DNA of 56,612 nt, filler included, from Sphacelaria rigidula (lineage: Eukaryota): NCBI GenBank assembly GCA_964200075.2. It is 3 parts of 3 records of this genome, joined end to end, with 100 filler letters (N's around TTAATTAATTAA, not from the genome) between each part and the next. Parts side by side here need not be neighbours in the genome. Positions count along the whole stretch, not along the records: positions 1 to 18,809 come from CAXNAA020000787.1; positions 18,910 to 37,717 come from CAXNAA020000788.1; 1 more part is not named here. One strand, 5' to 3'. The position numbers and the translations under genes were made by a program. Positions 12,001 to 24,800 of this stretch are shown here, in pieces. The notes below the pieces were generated by a model. That model did not search any database and was not told the origin of the DNA. It saw nothing but the letters and a program-made list of their open reading frames with translations. Every line of letters begins with the position of its first letter. Position 1 is the first letter of the stretch.

Positions 12001-12917
12001 AAAACGAAACACTACCGAGATTCTTCCCTTCGTATCGTAACGAAGATAAGGCATAAACAAAACCAAAATCCGGACATGATAGCAATAGTGTGAAGATTCG
12101 TCGCCTGATTTGCAAATCGAAAATACAGAAGATACAACAACTACAGGTGAATAGGGTGAGCCCGACATATTAAACCTACATGAATAAGATTGGGTCTCAT
12201 GGTGAGATACCCGGAAAACTCTACCGGTTTCCAGTGGGTGGTGAAAATCTGGTCAGACATTTTCAAGACGTTTCCGACACTCGGTGCGCAGTCATCAAAT
12301 GAAGGAAAGGGATGGATAATGCATGAAATGAACGTCGAGACCTACTGCACTCATGAAACAAACGCCTCCCCAATGACCGAACACTTGACGGCGAGAAGGA
12401 GAACCAAGCGGTACGTAGACATCTTGAGATCTTGAAGGATGGAAACTGGTACAAAGTGTGGGGGAATCGTTGGCCACGCTTCCGGCAGCGGAGGTCTATT
12501 CGGAAGCATTAGCGGAGTAGCGACCCATGGTGAACCGTATACGGAGTGAGAGGAAGTGATGGTGTACGAGACATTCCGATGTGTGAGTAAGGCCTTGTGT
12601 TGTGTAAGTCGTTCTTGAACCTTACTCGGTGAAAATAACCTCCCTGGAGAAAAGTGCCCAATACAGCAGTGGGGCAAGAAGATAGATGATACGATCGTGG
12701 GGCGGCTGAATGGTTTACCAGGCAGATCGCCAGGCACAATCGTGGGGTACTTGTGCCAAGTGTGTTGAACTTGGCTTCAGACTACGAGCCCGTGTTGGGG
12801 GCTTTGTTTTTGGCGATGAGCCAGCGAAAGAACTGAAAGGCACCAGACCCCCAACAAGTACTAGGATTGGGACATTCCACCCCAGTAGTCGAAACAACGA
12901 AGCTGGAGATACTTTCG

Positions 12918-12970
12918 AGAGACAGAGAGAGACAGAGAGAGAGACAGAGAGAGACAGAGAGAGAGAGAGA
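12918..12970 (+). repeat. GA/GACA microsatellite
   Basis: Seen directly. Confidence 0.9.
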
Positions 12971-15900
12971 CCATAAGGAAGGGTGGATCGAGAAGTAAAG
13001 AAGGGATGGGTCAAGTACTGGTAGTGCTGGTATTCGGAGTCCGTAGCGACATGACGAGAATAGAGTTTTAAAGGAAATGCAGTGAAGTACTGTAGGACTA
13101 TACTGTTTGGCAGGAGGAAAAGTAGAAAGGGAGCGAGAACACTTCCGAGTCACGCTAGAACAGAGCGCGCGCAAGGAAAAGGAAATGATAGAGATAAGAT
13201 GTCGGCATGGGTTAGAAGGGTAGGATGGAGAGTATGCATAGCCATCAGAACAGCAAACCCAAGGCGTAGTACCGGGTAAACGGAGGAAAGGAGAAGCAGA
13301 CACAGGTAAGCGCGGGGAAGGAAAGGGTAGGGGGAATAGCGGCCGAAGCAAACAGACAAAGCTCAGACCGGAAAAGGGAAGAAAAATCAAGAAGAGAAAG
13401 TAGAAGTAAAAACGACAGGGAGAGAACAACCGACGAAAAGGAGCATGAGCAATGATTCGAAAAGGTTGTTGATGATAGAGTAGTGAAAGGAATGTGGATT
13501 CACCACAGACGAGCGCAAAATAATAGAGATAGCCCAACAAGTAAGTAACCGCAATCTAGATATAGGGAGGATCCAAGAGCCATAATTGAACGAGGGGGCG
13601 GGGATAGGATGCAAATTTAGATCATACGCATAGATTGGAAAAAAGCGGAGGGGACAGAACCTCAAACATAGGGGAACGGGGGGAGTAGGATTTTTAGTTA
13701 AGGAACACCCGTGGGACATCATGGAAGTGATCAAAGACACAGATTTCGACGAGAGCATATTGATTAGGGTACCAAGAGAGCGGGGAGTGAAATATGTTTT
13801 CGCAGGGAACATCTATATGCCCCCAGAATCGAAGAGTACGACCAACGCTAGACAGAGGAGGTTTGAAGAGATATGTACAGAGGTACAAAAGGTAAGGAGA
13901 AGTCATGTGAGTGTGAGATGTCCATGCAAGGGTTGGGAGAGCGAATGAATCGGATGATATCATCGGGCAATGCGGGGGAGAGAAGAACATGAATGGGGTA
14001 GAAATGCCGATGTTCCTTGCGAGCAGCGAGATGAACACAATGAACGACGAAGCACAGAAGCCAGAGACGCAATGCGCATGGACTAGGAAATGTAATGGCG
14101 AGGGAGAAAGCTCCGTTCTTGACGTTATGGTGGTAGAATATGGAAATAGTAAGGAAATGGAAGTACATGTATACGCAGAGGACGTGGGAACTGCAAATCA
14201 TCGCCTAATCTGGACAGCAAACCAACAGATGAGAATTGAAAAAAATAGGTGGAGTGGGAAGCTGTAGAAACGGAGAATAGATAAACTGGAAACGGAAGAC
14301 AAACAGCGAGAATTCAAAGAAGAGGTTGCCAAAAATGCAGTGAAGTTCTCCGAGTTGTTGGAAAGCGCAGGTACAGTTGATAACGAAATGGAAAGGGATT
14401 GGTCAGGTACGAAGATTATAGAAGGATGGGAGCAGTTGGTCAAGAACACAGCGAGTAAAGTCATCGGGAAGAAACTGATCGTATGCAACAGAGCAGTACA
14501 ATGGTGGGATAAGGAAGTATAAGAGGCTTCAAGAGAAAGGCAAGAGGCTTACGTAAGATACATATCGAGCGAAACTACGGTAGGATGGGGGGAGTACACC
14601 AAAGGTCGAAAATAGATAAAAAAGATGGTAGAGAAGAAGAAGAAGGGAGTATGGGAAGATGTAGTGAATAAAACGAATGAAGATTATAATTGCGGAATGA
14701 AACAAGTATGGGTAGGGATAAAAGGGATAGCGGGAAACCAGGCAGGGAAGATAGACAAGGGGATAGCTACACTCCTGGCACAGAATGATAAAATGGGTAG
14801 TAGTTGGAAGGGGAAAAGAGAACTACTAGTAGATCACGACCGTAAACTATGAACACCAAAAAGTAGCAAGAGTTTCGACACAGAATTCAAGAAAGGCATG
14901 AAGGCATGAAAAAAGGCAAATGTAGAGGCATCAAAGCGGGAAGATCGTGGCTCCAAAGAATTGCAGATAAAGTTCACCAGAGATGAAGTAAAGGGGTGTG
15001 GAGATAAAGTCACGAACACAAAGGCAGTGGGGGCAGATGAAGCAGAACACAAACTTTTTAAGTACAAGGGAGAGAGGATGATTGCCATGATGGTTATGCT
15101 GAATAGTTGGATCTGGGGAAATGAGTACACACCCAAGAGGTGGAGAGAAGGAGGCTTATAATGCAAGGTCTGTTCAAAAGAGGATACAAGGGGAACCCAG
15201 GGAATTGTAGAAGGATGATGCTACGGAGCACCGTAGTAGGGAAACTAATCTGTAAGATTCTGAATGGTAGAATGAAGACGATGCTAGAGAAGGAAGAAAA
15301 ATCAGCGAGGGGCAAGCAGATTTTAGAACAAACCGTAGTTGCGTTGGCCATTTATGTGGACGCATTAGGTAAGATTGTTCAAGGTAGGAAAAACGCTGGA
15401 CTGACAACGTGCTGTTTCTGAATAGAAGTACAAACGGCCTGTGACACAATATGGAGAATGGGCTATGCAAAAAGTTGTGGGAAACTGGGATCAGAGGAAA
15501 GATGTGGAGGATGATGAAGAAGATGACAAAACGTGCCAAAAGTGCTATGATACTAGATAGAGGAATGTCGTAATATTTTGTTTTTTCGAAGGAGTTGCAC
15601 AACGATGTACGTTATCACCCACATCATTCAAAGCATCTATCAATGACCTGATAATAGCAATAAAAGCAGCATAGCAAGGAGTCAAGGGGGGAAAAGATAC
15701 GGTATCAGCATTGATGTTCGCCGATGATTTCGTGGGGTTTCAGAAGCACAAAAAGAATTGCCCTCAAAGAAAAATAGAGAAGACGCTAGAATACCCTAGG
15801 AAATGGAGAGTGACAGCGAACGCGAACAAATGCGCCGTGCTTGTATGTAACAAAGATAAGGAAACCCTCGTAGAGTGTAAATGGAAGTGAGGAGAAGAGG

Positions 15901-17030
15901 AACTGCCGGTCGTAGGTCAGTGTACATACTTTAACGTAGAGATGAAAAGATCTGTTCTTGGGATGCACACAAGAATAAAGTAATAGAAAAAGGGTAAGAC
16001 ACAGAGAGGGGAGGTGGACGTGATCCTTAGAGACTTGCACCTAGACACTAGGATTAAGAGATAAATTCTGATGAATTTGATCGTACCAAAGCTGGAATAT
16101 CCAGGAGAGGTATGGGAGGGGAACGCGGAGTTGGTGAAGAAGCTGGAAACAGTAAATATGACAGCAGCTAATAAAACATTGAGGACAGGATTGGGAATGT
16201 ACTCGCTTGAAACATGCAGAGACATGAGACAAATGACAATATAGCGTAAAAAAGGTGTAGCGAAATAGATTACCAGCCATGCTTGAAAAAGCGGTATGGA
16301 GGAAGGTGCCGAAAGGGCAGGCTGAAAGAAGGTGGGATAGCGTAGTCGAGAAAGTGTGGAAGGGCATGGGGGGAAACCAAGGCGAGATGCTGTCCATTGA
16401 TGAGGCTGGTACAAGAAAAAAGTGAGAGACATTATTGAAAAGTGGGAAAAAGACGCGCGAATACGGAAAGTAGACGAGGAAGAGCACCTGAAGATGTACG
16501 GAAGAGCACCTGAAGATATATGGGTTGAGAGAGGGGATAGGTATGAAAACATATCTGGATGGCCCAATGGACGCCGTGAAAAATTTGGAACTGCGATTTC
16601 GGGTGGCGGGCCTGGACCTGCCAGAAGAAGAAAGAGGTATACCAGTTGTCGAGTGGAGGAGAAAAGACATGCGCAGAATCATCCCTGTGGCGAAGCAATA
16701 GAGAGTAGAACTCATATTGTAAAAGAATGTGACTATACACGGAAGAACGGGACCTGCTAGAGGGGGAAATGTGGAAAGTAAACGCAGGTGGCATGAAATT
16801 GTTTGATAAATTGAGAGGAGCGAGAAACCGATCGCTGTACTAGGAGATAGATGGTGGCCACAGACAGCGAAACAGGACGGAAATAAGATATGTAAAAGGT
16901 TCTTGTGTAATACATGCAAGAAACGTAATGAGCGCCCAAATATTGGGGGTGTCTCTATTAGGGGTAGGAGCGGTGCTCCGTCTCGCAAGGGACGCGTGGT
17001 CAATGGTTGAACGACAAAGGCAACCAACAA
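12971..17030 (+). mobile_element. Decayed near-full-length non-LTR retrotransposon (LINE): APE endonuclease, reverse transcriptase and C-terminal CCHC motif; many stops and frameshifts
   Basis: APE motifs IQEP, GGVGFLVK, NIYMPP, DVMVV..ANHRLI (13560-14215); RT motifs CTLSPT.FK..INDLI and LMFADDFVG (15600-15740); (C/H)PCG.AIESRTHIV.EC near 16680; 5' boundary uncertain. Confidence 0.92.
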
Positions 17031-18732
17031 ATCTGTTTATCCCCTTCGGCGGCGTGTTTTCATTCGACTATTTTCCACGGGTAAAGACCCTACGGTACCA
17101 AAAGCGCCCGCGTGCGGACATGCACGGCAACATATCGAGAACAGATACGCGAAGGAAGACCTATGAGTAGGCAAATCGTGACGACAGCTTTCAAAGTTTG
17201 ATATTGCCAGCACCGGATCCACAAAATAAATCCCTGGATTATTCACCCTGTAAAGTTGCGGATTAAGGAGTAGATTTCGCCTCAAGTTCTGCCCTCTCGG
17301 GAAAATGAAAGAATTCATTTCGCAGGAAAACTCAAAGAAAATGTGAAGGTGGCATTTTTTCGGGTGGCGTGCCCTGTGGCGTGGCAAGGCATGGCGCAGC
17401 CTTCCGAGAAGCAAAAGACGAGACTGCAGAACTCATTACCCCTGGGGCGGCGTACACGCCGTCACCTACGGCGCGTAATTTGCTCACCTCCATCGACCGC
17501 ATTGATGGAGAGATACGCCGTGGATGAATCCATTGTAATTGGAAAGCGGAATCCCACGTAAAGCTCGATGGCCTGCCCTGTTCCGTATGTCCCGTTTGGA
17601 AGAGGGGTCCACACCTATGGCATTTATTAACGGTAACGTGGATACGCAATGAGGCATGGCGTGACATTTCGGGACGAATAAAAACCTCAGCTAGATTGAG
17701 CTGTTTTTGTCGATTCTGCGGTCAAAACATGCAATTTTGTTCTAATGATGATTTCGAACGTTCGCAAAGAAAGAGTGCAAATGTCTCCAAAAAACAATGT
17801 CAAAAGTGGCGGCAGGAGACCAGATGATTCTATATATCGGGAAAAACAGATCAATCGCTCAAACAAAACTTGCTCTCGACCCCGAAAAAGATGCGTACAA
17901 TTCAGTATGTTCCCCCGGAGAAACGTCAGAAAATGGAACGTTCGAGCTCTTGACACGGACGTCACTCAGTTTGAAGTAAACTTTCAACAGAGTTTCGGAA
18001 ATGCGTCATTTTGCACGTAACTTTTGCCAGCGTATATATCTCGTGCTGTTGATACTTTCGAGAAACTCAAAATGCTGAGAGAAGTGCAGCAAGAGTTTTC
18101 AAGTGTCGAATTCATGAGATGCATACACTGACTAAAGTTACGCTAACAAAAGAGCACGTTTCCGAAATTCTCTAAGACCGATCTTGGTTTTGAAGAAATG
18201 AAGACAATTCTCGGATTTCGAACGGTGGCCGTGCAGCGGACGAATCCCTCTCCCCTTCAGGCATTTCGCCCGCTGATGCATCCCGCCCTCATCATCACGA
18301 GTTTGTCCGTGTTAGCTCTATCGACGCTTTTGCAAGGCCAAGGGCCGTCCATACGTATGTCAAACGCCTGAACCTAATCGCTAGATTCAACAGATCTTGA
18401 GCAACGTGGGCAAGATACCGGTGGAGAACCATACATACTAAGCACTAGCAAAGGATCCCGCACCTCATACTAAGCAGAGAGTGGCATAGACCATACATGA
18501 GTATTTCTACGATAACCCCCCCCCCCCAAAAAAAAAACATCCCAAACTGTCACGAAGAAACTGTTCACCAAGAGTCAGATCTTATTTGGGGTCAGCCTGC
18601 ATGAGGCGCCTCATATGGGCGATATGGGCGAACACGAGCTCAAGCGTGGGAATCTCCAGCTGCTCGTTGTGCTCGTTTTTCTTACTTCGATTTACGTCTA
18701 CAGTTTGCCTCCCCAAACCAGCCACTTTTGTT

Positions 18733-18809
18733 TTGGGGGGGGGTGTACTCATGATCATGCATGCCATAGTCATAGGACCGTTGACCTCGCATCCCTACAA
18801 TATCGGGAC
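18733..18809 (-). mobile_element. 3' end of LINE subfamily 2 with poly(C) tail, cut by the gap
   Basis: Minus strand reads AGGGATGCGAGGTCAACGGTCCTATGACTATGGCATGCATGATCATGAGTACA followed by a C-run. Confidence 0.75.
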
Positions 18810-18909
18810 NNNNNNNNNNNNNNNNNNNNNNNNNNNNNNNNNNNNNNNNNNNNTTAATTAATTAANNNNNNNNNNNNNNNNNNNNNNNNNNNNNNNNNNN
18901 NNNNNNNNN
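18810..18909. other. Scaffold gap with artificial TTAATTAATTAA linker (18854-18865)
   Basis: 44 N + 12 nt + 44 N, same layout as 37718-37817. Confidence 0.95.
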
Positions 18910-18960
18910 CAACCATCAGAAGGTTACGAGGTTACCAACTGAGTCACCGGGGCGACCGGT
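18910..18960 (-). mobile_element. SINE family C tRNA-like head, cut by the gap
   Basis: Matches 27469-27518. Confidence 0.75.
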
Positions 18961-18994
18961 GTACCCTTTTTTGTATATTTCCCAAAATATATTG

Positions 18995-20445
18995 ATTGCG
19001 AACAGCGTCAGCTGGGCATATCCCGCATACTGCACCGTTATCAGCATATGGGATCCGACAAGCAGAAAAAAATGTTGAAAATAATTGATCCTTTTGCCCC
19101 CCGATCCATGCACATGGGCTAAAGGATGAATAGTTCTCAACAGCTTTTGCTGAATGGAGATCCAACACACTGATTGCGATCGAGTGTATGTCCACATGCC
19201 TGTGAGTCTAGATACTACGCTTTTGCTTAAGAAGTGGATACCAGGGATGTAGTGTATACCTCACATATGAGACCACGTGGCTTTAGAAAACCCCGTGGTC
19301 CGCAGTCTACCAAAATCACTCAACTGAGTATGCTTTTGTTTTTAGAGTATTTCGTTTGATAGTTACACACGTGGACAAGTAGCACCCTGTGGGGCACGTC
19401 TACAGGGTTCAGGGAAACTGTGCAGTGTTTCTCGCGGGGATCTGGCTGTAGCTTTTTTTTGCACCCCACAGGACGCTTCACAGGATTCAGGGAAACTGTG
19501 CAGGGTTTCTCGCGGGGATTTGAGTGTAAACACGGGATCTTACAAATTGGGGATGGATCATTTATTGGGGATGAAAAACCCGGAGGATTAAAATCTTCGT
19601 ATCCGCACCAAATATTAGAAATGTGGTTTCATTTTTTCGCCTACTACTAGCGATTGACAACTGCTACACGCCATAGAAATTTGGATTTCGATCACCGAAA
19701 TGTTGGGGTCCTAGGTGAAAAACCAATTTTGTGGAATTCCGGGTGTCCGAGCGGACGCCAAAATGGTTCGAAATTCTTTTTTTCATCTAGGACCCCTACA
19801 TTTCGGTGATCAAAATCCACAAATGGAACCATATTTCGAATATTTGGTGCGGATACGAAGATTTTAATCATCCGGGTTTCTCATCGCCAATAAATGATTC
19901 ATCCCCAATTTGTAAGATCCCGTGTTTGTAGGTATTATTTTGTGCCACACAGGGCGCTGCACAGGGTTTCGTCACTCCGTGTAGAATTCATCACTGTTAA
20001 TGTGCTGTGCAACCTTTATAGCACGCATACAATATACTCTATACAGTAGGGCATGGTACTGGCGGAAAAAACGGTCGAGAGATGACAGGGGTGAAATTGA
20101 ACTCACGGTCTTGTGCTCGGGTGAATCTCAGGTTGCCCATTGAGCCACCTGAGTTATTGTGGACGGCGGAACTATCAAACGAAAAACTCTATAAACAAAA
20201 GCATACTCGGTTGAGTGATTTTGGTAGACTGCGGACCACGGGTTTTTCAAAAGCAATGTGGACTGATACGCGAGGTGTACACCACAATCCCAAGATCGAC
20301 GTCTTGATTTTTATCTCTTAGTCCATGTGCATGGATCCGGGGGCAAAAGGATGAATTATTTTCAACATTTTTTTCTGCTCGTCGGATCCCATGTGCTGAT
20401 AACGGTACAGTATGCGGGATATGCCCAGCTGACGCTGTTCGCAAT
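18995..20445. mobile_element. Large foldback element with long inverted arms
   Basis: 18995-19120 is inverted to 20320-20445; 19255-19363 is inverted to 20170-20280. Confidence 0.85.
19528..19927. mobile_element. ~400-bp palindromic MITE nested in the foldback element
   Basis: AAACACGGGATCTTACAAATTGGGGATG / CATCCCCAATTTGTAAGATCCCGTGTTT perfect inverted ends; TA at the right flank. Confidence 0.85.
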
Positions 20446-21732
20446 AAATCTCTTTTTCCCCAATCTCCGGATGAAATGGAGGGCTAAGTGAAGATTTATT
20501 TCGAGCTTCTTCTGCTGTTCAAATTTCTTTGGGCGAAAACACGATCTATTTCGAACAGCTTTTTCTGCTGTTCGAACTATATCCCTTTTTTGCCCAAATA
20601 AATTGGGCGAAAAAAGGATCTGTTTTGAATAGCTTCTCCTGCTGTCCGAAATTGGGAAGGCCTCTCCACAGGGTTACTTGCAGGGTTTCGACAAATCGCT
20701 ATGCAAAATGCTATGGCGGGTACTAGGGTTTGCAAATGCTACACAGGGGTTTTCACGAAGACTGTGGAGAACCCTGCGCAGCTCGTCCTACAGGGTGCTA
20801 TTTGTCCACGTGTGTGAGATGCTTCTTTTTCAAGCGGATTGTACACTCCGTACAATGGACACAACCGAACGCGGGATATCTTCACGTTCTCGGCGTGCAA
20901 CTTGTGCCGACGATCCAGCGTTGAACATAGCCTTTCAGGTATGCCGTGTGTTGAGCTATAGGTCGTCCCTCTGGGGCACCTTGCTCGTATGAACTACACC
21001 TACTTTGCGGATGATCCAAGCTGGTACTTGTTCAATGATTTTTGTTTGCGACAATCGGCGTACGCTTGACTTTGTTTTTCTTTTGGCGCAACACTGTTAC
21101 AGGCAAGGTTTCTTTTTTGCTTGAGCACACGTCCTGTGCATGCAGCTACCGTACAGCACCCCATTCAAGGAATTCGGCGGTCTGGTTGGTGAGATACCGC
21201 ACGGGGCATTTTTACGCCTGGGGGGGCATTTCGGAACTGGTACTGTTTAGGCACGAATCGGTTTATTCCTCAAAGAGGGGAGCTTTTGTTGCAATGGACT
21301 GACTACGTCGTTGCGATCAAGTGATGTGTCAAATTGATCGTGTAGGTGACCGTTTCACCAGCTGGGCGCATTACTCCTCGAACTGTGGCGATGTCCATAT
21401 CGACGGGAAAGTCAATTGTTTCGGGTCCCACTCTGAATGCAATGTTACACTCTGAATCTCGCGAATATACAGCGTTATATCTGGTAGAATTCATCCTCAT
21501 TTTCTGACGACAAAAACTTGAGAATGCTCGTATGGCGTGGCTTTGGAATGTTATGTTGGCATAGGTGTGCATGTATGGACCTTTTATGGTTGATGCGACC
21601 TATTTGTATGTATGCATGATGTACGCATGTAAGCAAGGATATGTGTGAACGGAAGTAGAAGCGAAAACAATTGCAAGCAAACCATCGAAAAATGAAGGGA
21701 ATCGAAAGTTCTATTGTTTGGAAGAACCTCAC

Positions 21733-21889
21733 CTCTTGTGCGGTCCAGTTGATAAAGGCCGTTCCTTCGACGTGAGGCTCGAACAGGAGGCGGATAGGGT
21801 GTGCCTTGGGCAACTGCCGCTTCATGGATATGAAGGGACCTTCCATTACGAGATGGCAGTGGCTGAGATGGCCCACGATCTCGTAGATC
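21733..21889 (-). CDS. LOX: LOX exon containing the two iron-binding His residues (HLSHCH)
   Basis: accag acceptor, gtgagg donor; gapless match to the LOX His-rich helix. Confidence 0.95.
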
Positions 21890-24800
21890 CTGGTTTTGGA
21901 AATTTTGAAGCAAACGAGGACGTGCAGACACAGGAAAATGGCAATGACACCGTTGATGGGATCCCCCTCTGGTTGGTATCAGAACAGCGCTCTCCGCCCC
22001 GTAGCGGTTCAGGAGACAACGTCTTGTCGACTCTGCACCCACCATGAGATGAGCGACAATTTCACCGGAAAAGGAAAAAAAACACGATTGTGAGCAATTC
22101 TCACGACCAAAGATACATTCGGAGTCGGATGCACCCGGATTTGAGTAGCCAGAGTTGCGTATGTTTGGCAACGGGTCCTCAATTTTTTAGGTTCAACAAA
22201 CGCGTCCGGCTATTAGAATATTGCCGAACTGAACCCTAGTGCACGTATACTTGGATTGATTTGGGCGCATCACGGGGCAGATTGATGGTATATTAAAGGT
22301 ACGGAATAGTGCGTCATGACTGGATGTGCGTCATATAAGGCGATGCAGTCCGCACGCAGCATGCATCGCTTGTCCCTTTTATGTCCTTGACATTTTGGGC
22401 GTTGGCATATCTACATTCCGGTGGTGTCAACGTTAACACAAGAACCGTCGCTACACATTCCCCTCTGTCCACAGCACCTCATTTGAGGGGCCTTCTCTGT
22501 GCCGGCTAACGTTCGAACAGCACAATCTTTCTCTGAGATACCTCGTGCCCTAACGAGTCAACGTCGGGATTCGCGGATAGGCGCACCTGAGCGAAACGCA
22601 CGACGATCCCGGAGCACAGTACAACAGAAGATGTATCACGTTTCAGTCATCCTGTATTGCCAGAGGGAACCGGAAACGTTTTAAAGCGCACCAAGGAAGA
22701 AACCCTAGGCCCACGGCAGGAACTCACGTGGCATCGGCGGACTCAAAGCAAGCCTTAGCGATCATCCAGTTGTAGCCGTCCTCTGGGGTGAATATAGGCG
22801 TCGCTTCCGTATGGCTCATCTGCAGTTCCCCACAGAAGACGTGAGCACGTGCGCATGTGTTGAAAATCATAAGCTCACACCGCACCGAATGGTCAAAGCT
22901 CAGATGCTAGTAAAAAATAAGTACTACCGCAGTGCGAAAAACTATTTGCACCCGTACAAATATTTCCCGGGGCTGTAATACCTGGAGGAACATATCCTCA
23001 AAACTACAAAGTGAATTATGTTTAGTATCAACACCCTCGACGAGTCAGAGAATCGCCAAACGAGGTGCTGTATAGAAACGCAAGCGAGAAAGAAACGGTG
23101 ACCAGATTGTCTGGCTTACGCAGTGAGTCTCGTGTTCCACAGCACCATTGCCAACCGACGCCAACCCTTCAACGAAAATACGGGGGCGAGGGGCGACTAG
23201 GGGGGCTAGGGGGGGTTAAACACCTTGGCGAGCTCTCAAGGCTGCCGCCAAAAAACGTCGAAGCAAGGCGCACTCGAAACATACGCCACACCATTGCACC
23301 GGGTAGCTCTAAACCGCCCTTGTATCATCTCAAGAAGGTAGAATCCCACGTTACTACCGGCTAGTACCGGGGTGTTTATAATCCTCACGCCAAAACACGG
23401 CCAATAACCCTGAACCCTTGTCATTGACATTTTTATGGCTAGCGAAGTTTCACCCGGCCTTACACACTCGGGCGACCGTCATATCGTAAGCATTTACCCT
23501 TTACCGCACATGGTACGCAGACTAGACTACACGCAACGAGAGGTAGTAGCAATCGTTCTTAGTCAAGCTTGAGGTTTGACGTGTGCTACATCTACGGGTA
23601 CCGCAGCTCTACTCGAAGGGTGTTTCCAGCAACACTGCCCACGCGGTTGTCGCGGGTGGTATCGCGTGCCTTCCCGTGAAGAACACACCCTTTTTTCCAT
23701 CACCGCACACGCGCATGTACAAAAAGGCATCAACAAATTACAAGCTCAACTTGCGCTTTAAAGAGCCTTTTCCCGACCTGTATTCCTATGGGCTTGATGG
23801 GTAGAACATCGTCCACAACCTCGAAAAGAGCGATGCTGGGGGTAAGGTAGCGCTCTACCGTGCCTTCAAGTAATGAACCACGCTTGCCCTGATGAAAGAA
23901 CGGGAAAGCAGGAACGTGCGAACAAAGGAGAACTCCGTCAAGTTAAGAGGGAAAAGGTACTGCCCCACGAACAAAGGGGCTTCCTGGAAAATCAATAAAA
24001 TGAAACGACAAATACACGTGTGTGTGCGTGCACACGAGATATTCCGTCGGAGCCAAGAGTAAGTGTAACTTGCGACTTTGGGTTAGTTCGCAACGTCAAG
24101 GGATTACCGTAGACGTTCGAGGGCGATACAGTCGTTTTATGCCATCCTAATGTTTGACTTGAGCTGTACTTTCGGTACGCTGAAAGAGGCATATCTGCGT
24201 TTTGGGTCGTTTCCGCCCTCGGTCGTCAAAGGGTGTTGTGATGTGCTCTCGGCTGGTGATGCATTCGCAAGTATAACGCACGAAGTGCAGGTGAACCCGC
24301 GCCCTACTCACGTACCCGAGAGCGAAGTGGGATGACACTGCAAACGCAAACCCCGACTGGAAGGTCACCTTGAGAATGTCGTGGTCCACCACCAATAGCT
24401 TGCCTTGCGCCATCAAAGAATCTACTTTCTCCCTCAGCTCCTGCGGGGGGGGGAGGAGAGAAAAACATACCAAGATGGGGGTATGGTGCTGAAACTCGGA
24501 TGTTCCGGGGAGTGCACATGCCAGAGAAAAAACTGAACAAATGTGTGGACTTGACCGAGAAAAAATAGCGGTCCTTGAAAAACATGCAAGCTTGGGAATG
24601 AAAAGTACTGCGACTACCGGTAAAACACACACGTGTACGGGGACCATCTCAACGAGTACAGCATGGTATTCCGAGGTGTCGAAACCTACCAAGCTTTATT
24701 TCAGGGCGTGAAACGACGTACAGTAGGCGCTCCAAAAAGGCAGTCTGATGTATGCATGGTCTCTGGTTCCTATATGATGCCGCCTTGGCGAGCCTGGGGC

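Noticed and set aside
12782..17030. Long minus-strand ORFs (252, 216 and 329 aa) as genes
   Set aside because: They are antisense shadows of the purine-rich LINE, rich in F/L/S/P with no motifs.
17505..17561. YAVDESIVIGKR as a piggyBac transposase fragment
   Set aside because: A short isolated match with no other motifs or TTAA-flanked ends.
18854..18865. TTAATTAATTAA as a biological motif
   Set aside because: It is centred in N-runs identically twice, so it is an assembly linker.
8081..21733. LOX fused to the Ig-repeat gene (same strand, complementary missing ends)
   Set aside because: A scaffold gap intervenes and the splice phases (0 versus 1) do not match.
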